A DNA stretch of 20,090 nucleotides from Candidatus Hermodarchaeota archaeon (GTDB lineage Archaea; Asgardarchaeota; Lokiarchaeia; Sigyniarchaeales; SOKP01), in NCBI GenBank assembly GCA_048885535.1, contig JBHLLO010000056.1:1-20090 (forward strand), in the 5' to 3' direction. Below, piece by piece: positions 17,735 to 20,090 of this stretch (the first letter of the stretch is position 1; each line of letters begins with the position of its first letter). Position numbers and translations under genes: made by a program. The notes beneath the pieces were generated by a model. That model made no database searches. It was given only the letters and a program-made list of their open reading frames with translations, and was not told the origin of the DNA.

Positions 17735-19516
17735 ATGTATAGAAGCTTAATAAAAGAAAAACGCCAGCGAAAATATTCTGATCGTGAATTATTTAGTAGG
17801 TATATTAAAAGATTAGCTCCCTTTAAGAGGAACATAATATTCATCGCATTATTTATTTTTATCGCAACAGTAGCGGAAATTCTTGGTCCTTTAGTAGTAG
17901 GATTTACCGTTGATCAGTTAACTTTTATATCAAACCAATTTATCCTATTATTATCTTTTACAGTTAGTTACATTGCGTTATCTAGTATCCAATGGATAAT
18001 GTTTTTTTTGCGAAGGAGAGAATATGGCAAATTTGTACCCTTTTTTTTAGAACATCTGCGTATGGATATTTTTGAAAAACTACAAGAGCAGGATATAAGG
18101 TTTTTTGATAAATATCAAAGTGGAGCTTTAAATACAAGAGTATCAAATGATGCTTTAGATTTTGGTGATATAACAGCCCTAATTTCGGAAACGATAGGTA
18201 ATTTTCTTATAAGCATTTTGACCTTTACTATTTTAGCGTTATTAAACGTCTTTTTAGCGTTAATTGCGTTAATTGTAGTACCTATTGTATTATTTTTGAT
18301 GCTTTCCTTACGAAAATTAGCAAGAATAGTTAGTAGAGCCTACAGAAAAGCAATAGAGAATGTTAACAATGCAATGGTGGAATCCATAGAAGGAATTCAT
18401 GTTTCCAAAAGCTATGGTCAAGAATCTACCATCTCAAATCAGTTTAGTGAGATTAACAAGGATTATTTCAGATCAACTTTTAAATTAACTGCTGTTACCC
18501 ATCTGTGGAGGCATATTTTGAACTTAGTTGCCTCAATTACAATCTTAATAATAATTTATTTTGGTGCTCAAGTCTTTTTAGAAGGTTATTTGACAGCAGG
18601 AACAATATTTACATTCATATTATACCTACAGAGTTTTTTTAGACCGATTATAGTCCTCGCCACATTTTTTCCACAATTAAGTACTGGAATGGCCGCATAT
18701 GAACGTATTATAGAAATTCTTGACTCCAAACCTTTGGTTGAGCAAAACATTAATGCAATCGAAGTGGGAGAATTAGAAGGTGAAATTGTGCTTGAAAATG
18801 TAAGTTTCAGTTATGGGAATAATCAGTTAGTTTTCAAAGATTTTAATCTCAGTGTGCCCAAAGGAGAAAAACTGGCTATAGTTGGCCATACTGGAGCAGG
18901 CAAAACATCACTCGTATCTCTGTTAGCTCGATTTTATGAATTTCAAAGCGGAACAATCAAAATTGACGGCGTAGATATAAGAAATATGACTTTAGATTCC
19001 TATAGAAAAAATATTGCGATTGTTCAACAAGAAATATTTTTATTTTCAGGTACACTGGAGGAAAATATTCGTTATGGAAAACGTGATGCTTCTCAAGAAG
19101 AATTGGAGAGAGCAATTAAAACAGTTCATGCTGAAGAAATAATTAAATATTTACCTGATGGGATTAAAACGAGAGTGGGAGAGAGAGGAAAAGGATTATC
19201 TATGGGACAAAAACAGATAATAAGTTTTGCGAGAGCAATTTTAAGCAACCCTAAAATTCTCATTTTAGATGAGGCAACTTCTAGCGTTGATGCTTACACA
19301 GAAGCAATGATACAAGAAGCTCTTGAACAGTTGTTATTGAACCGTACTTCAATTATTATTGCTCATAGATTATCAACTGTTCTTAACGCTGACAGAATAA
19401 TCCTCATAGATGATGGGAAAATTATTGAAGAGGGAACTCATAAATCTCTACTTGCCCAAAATGGGAAATATGCTCAGCTATATAAACAATACTTTGAACA
19501 TCAGAGTCTAAATTAG
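17735..19516 (+). CDS. ABC exporter half-transporter (TMD+NBD), heterodimer subunit 2
   Basis: FFD...SG.L..RV.ND, GHTGAGKTS, degenerate signature LSMGQKQ, ILDEATSSVD, AHRL. Confidence 0.93.
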   Translation: MYRSLIKEKRQRKYSDRELFSRYIKRLAPFKRNIIFIALFIFIATVAEILGPLVVGFTVDQLTFISNQFILLLSFTVSYIALSSIQWIMFFLRRREYGKFVPFFLEHLRMDIFEKLQEQDIRFFDKYQSGALNTRVSNDALDFGDITALISETIGNFLISILTFTILALLNVFLALIALIVVPIVLFLMLSLRKLARIVSRAYRKAIENVNNAMVESIEGIHVSKSYGQESTISNQFSEINKDYFRSTFKLTAVTHLWRHILNLVASITILIIIYFGAQVFLEGYLTAGTIFTFILYLQSFFRPIIVLATFFPQLSTGMAAYERIIEILDSKPLVEQNINAIEVGELEGEIVLENVSFSYGNNQLVFKDFNLSVPKGEKLAIVGHTGAGKTSLVSLLARFYEFQSGTIKIDGVDIRNMTLDSYRKNIAIVQQEIFLFSGTLEENIRYGKRDASQEELERAIKTVHAEEIIKYLPDGIKTRVGERGKGLSMGQKQIISFARAILSNPKILILDEATSSVDAYTEAMIQEALEQLLLNRTSIIIAHRLSTVLNADRIILIDDGKIIEEGTHKSLLAQNGKYAQLYKQYFEHQSLN

Positions 19517-19556
19517 TAATTATTATGATTTAGCGAATATACCCTTCATTTTTATA

Positions 19557-19949
19557 TTAAAATTTAACCAGGAGAGGCTCTTTTCCTTTTTTAAGTAGAA
19601 TTATATTCTCATAAGCTTTCTTATGATGAATTCCTTGCTCAACCCATTTGTTATATTCATCACATGGAAAATCTTCACATTCAGAGCAATCATTTAAATG
19701 CTTGTTATCAATACAACATATTAAAAGAGAGCAGTTTGAAGCCCAATGGATATCTGTTCTATCACTTCTACATCCCTTACAATAATCTTTATTCTCTATT
19801 ATATCAGAGACGGTTTGATCTTCTCGATACCATCCTTCTGATTGAAACCATTTCAGCACCTCCTTTCCTGAATTTTCATTATAAGGAAGATTTAATATCG
19901 GACATGAACTGCATGTCAATCCACAGATGCTTAATTCACCTTTCTTCAT
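19557..19949 (-). CDS. DUF3795-type Cys-rich putative metal-binding protein
   Basis: CGLTCSSCP...CKGCR...CSLLICC..NKHL..CSEC..FPC pattern. ATG at 19949 preferred over TTG at 19973. Confidence 0.82.
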   Translation of the reverse strand: MKKGELSICGLTCSSCPILNLPYNENSGKEVLKWFQSEGWYREDQTVSDIIENKDYCKGCRSDRTDIHWASNCSLLICCIDNKHLNDCSECEDFPCDEYNKWVEQGIHHKKAYENIILLKKGKEPLLVKF

Positions 19950-19988
19950 AATTTTTTTAATTTTCCTTTCCAAATAAATATTGGATTA

Positions 19989-20090
19989 TCAATTTATTAT
20001 TCTTTGAATTTTCTCTCTTGAATTTGTTATATCTATTATTTTAGAGCAATTATTAATACTTAAAATATCTATCCATTCATTCAATTGTTT
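19989..20090 (-). CDS. 3' end of an unknown gene entering from the right edge
   Basis: 33 open codons from the window edge (KQLNEWIDILSINNCSKIIDITNSREKIQRIIN), then TGA just upstream of the DUF3795 gene on the same strand. Confidence 0.45.
   Translation of the reverse strand, partial: KQLNEWIDILSINNCSKIIDITNSREKIQRIIN

Noticed and set aside
10087-19951. Opposite-strand ORFs 10087-10272, 11290-11493, 13870-14109, 14360-14542, 19664-19951
   Set aside because: They overlap confident genes on the other strand and have no independent support.
1-20090. tRNA/rRNA genes, riboswitches, CRISPR arrays, IS elements, integrases, defence systems
   Set aside because: No GC-rich structured segment, repeat-spacer periodicity, or transposase/recombinase/defence motifs were seen. 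The ECF operon leader lies outside the window.

Overview
AT-rich (roughly 30% GC by eye), gene-dense prokaryotic window, most likely archaeal. GGTGA-type ribosome-binding sites and the gene content suggest Asgard/Lokiarchaeia, but that is inference. Left block (+ strand): the end of a molybdopterin-oxidoreductase-like gene, a dedicated ECF transporter (YkoE-like S, tandem ATPase, T), a MoxR AAA+ ATPase, a vWA protein and a GNAT. Next come PolX/PHP, two tandem all-helical paralogs, two DUF308/HdeD proteins flanking corA and two MscS-family genes, then a cupin, an EamA transporter, a heterodimeric ABC exporter and a DUF3795 Cys-rich protein. No RNA genes, CRISPR arrays or mobile elements were recognised. 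Best leads: (1) an in-frame G_GAT_TTT slippery site plus downstream hairpin that could fuse MoxR and vWA by -1 frameshifting, as in frameshifted chlD genes; (2) a possible pterin-cofactor uptake/maturation operon; (3) an ECF ATPase whose first Walker A lies upstream of any canonical start codon; (4) a possible BAR-like paralog pair; (5) unannotated small ORFs.
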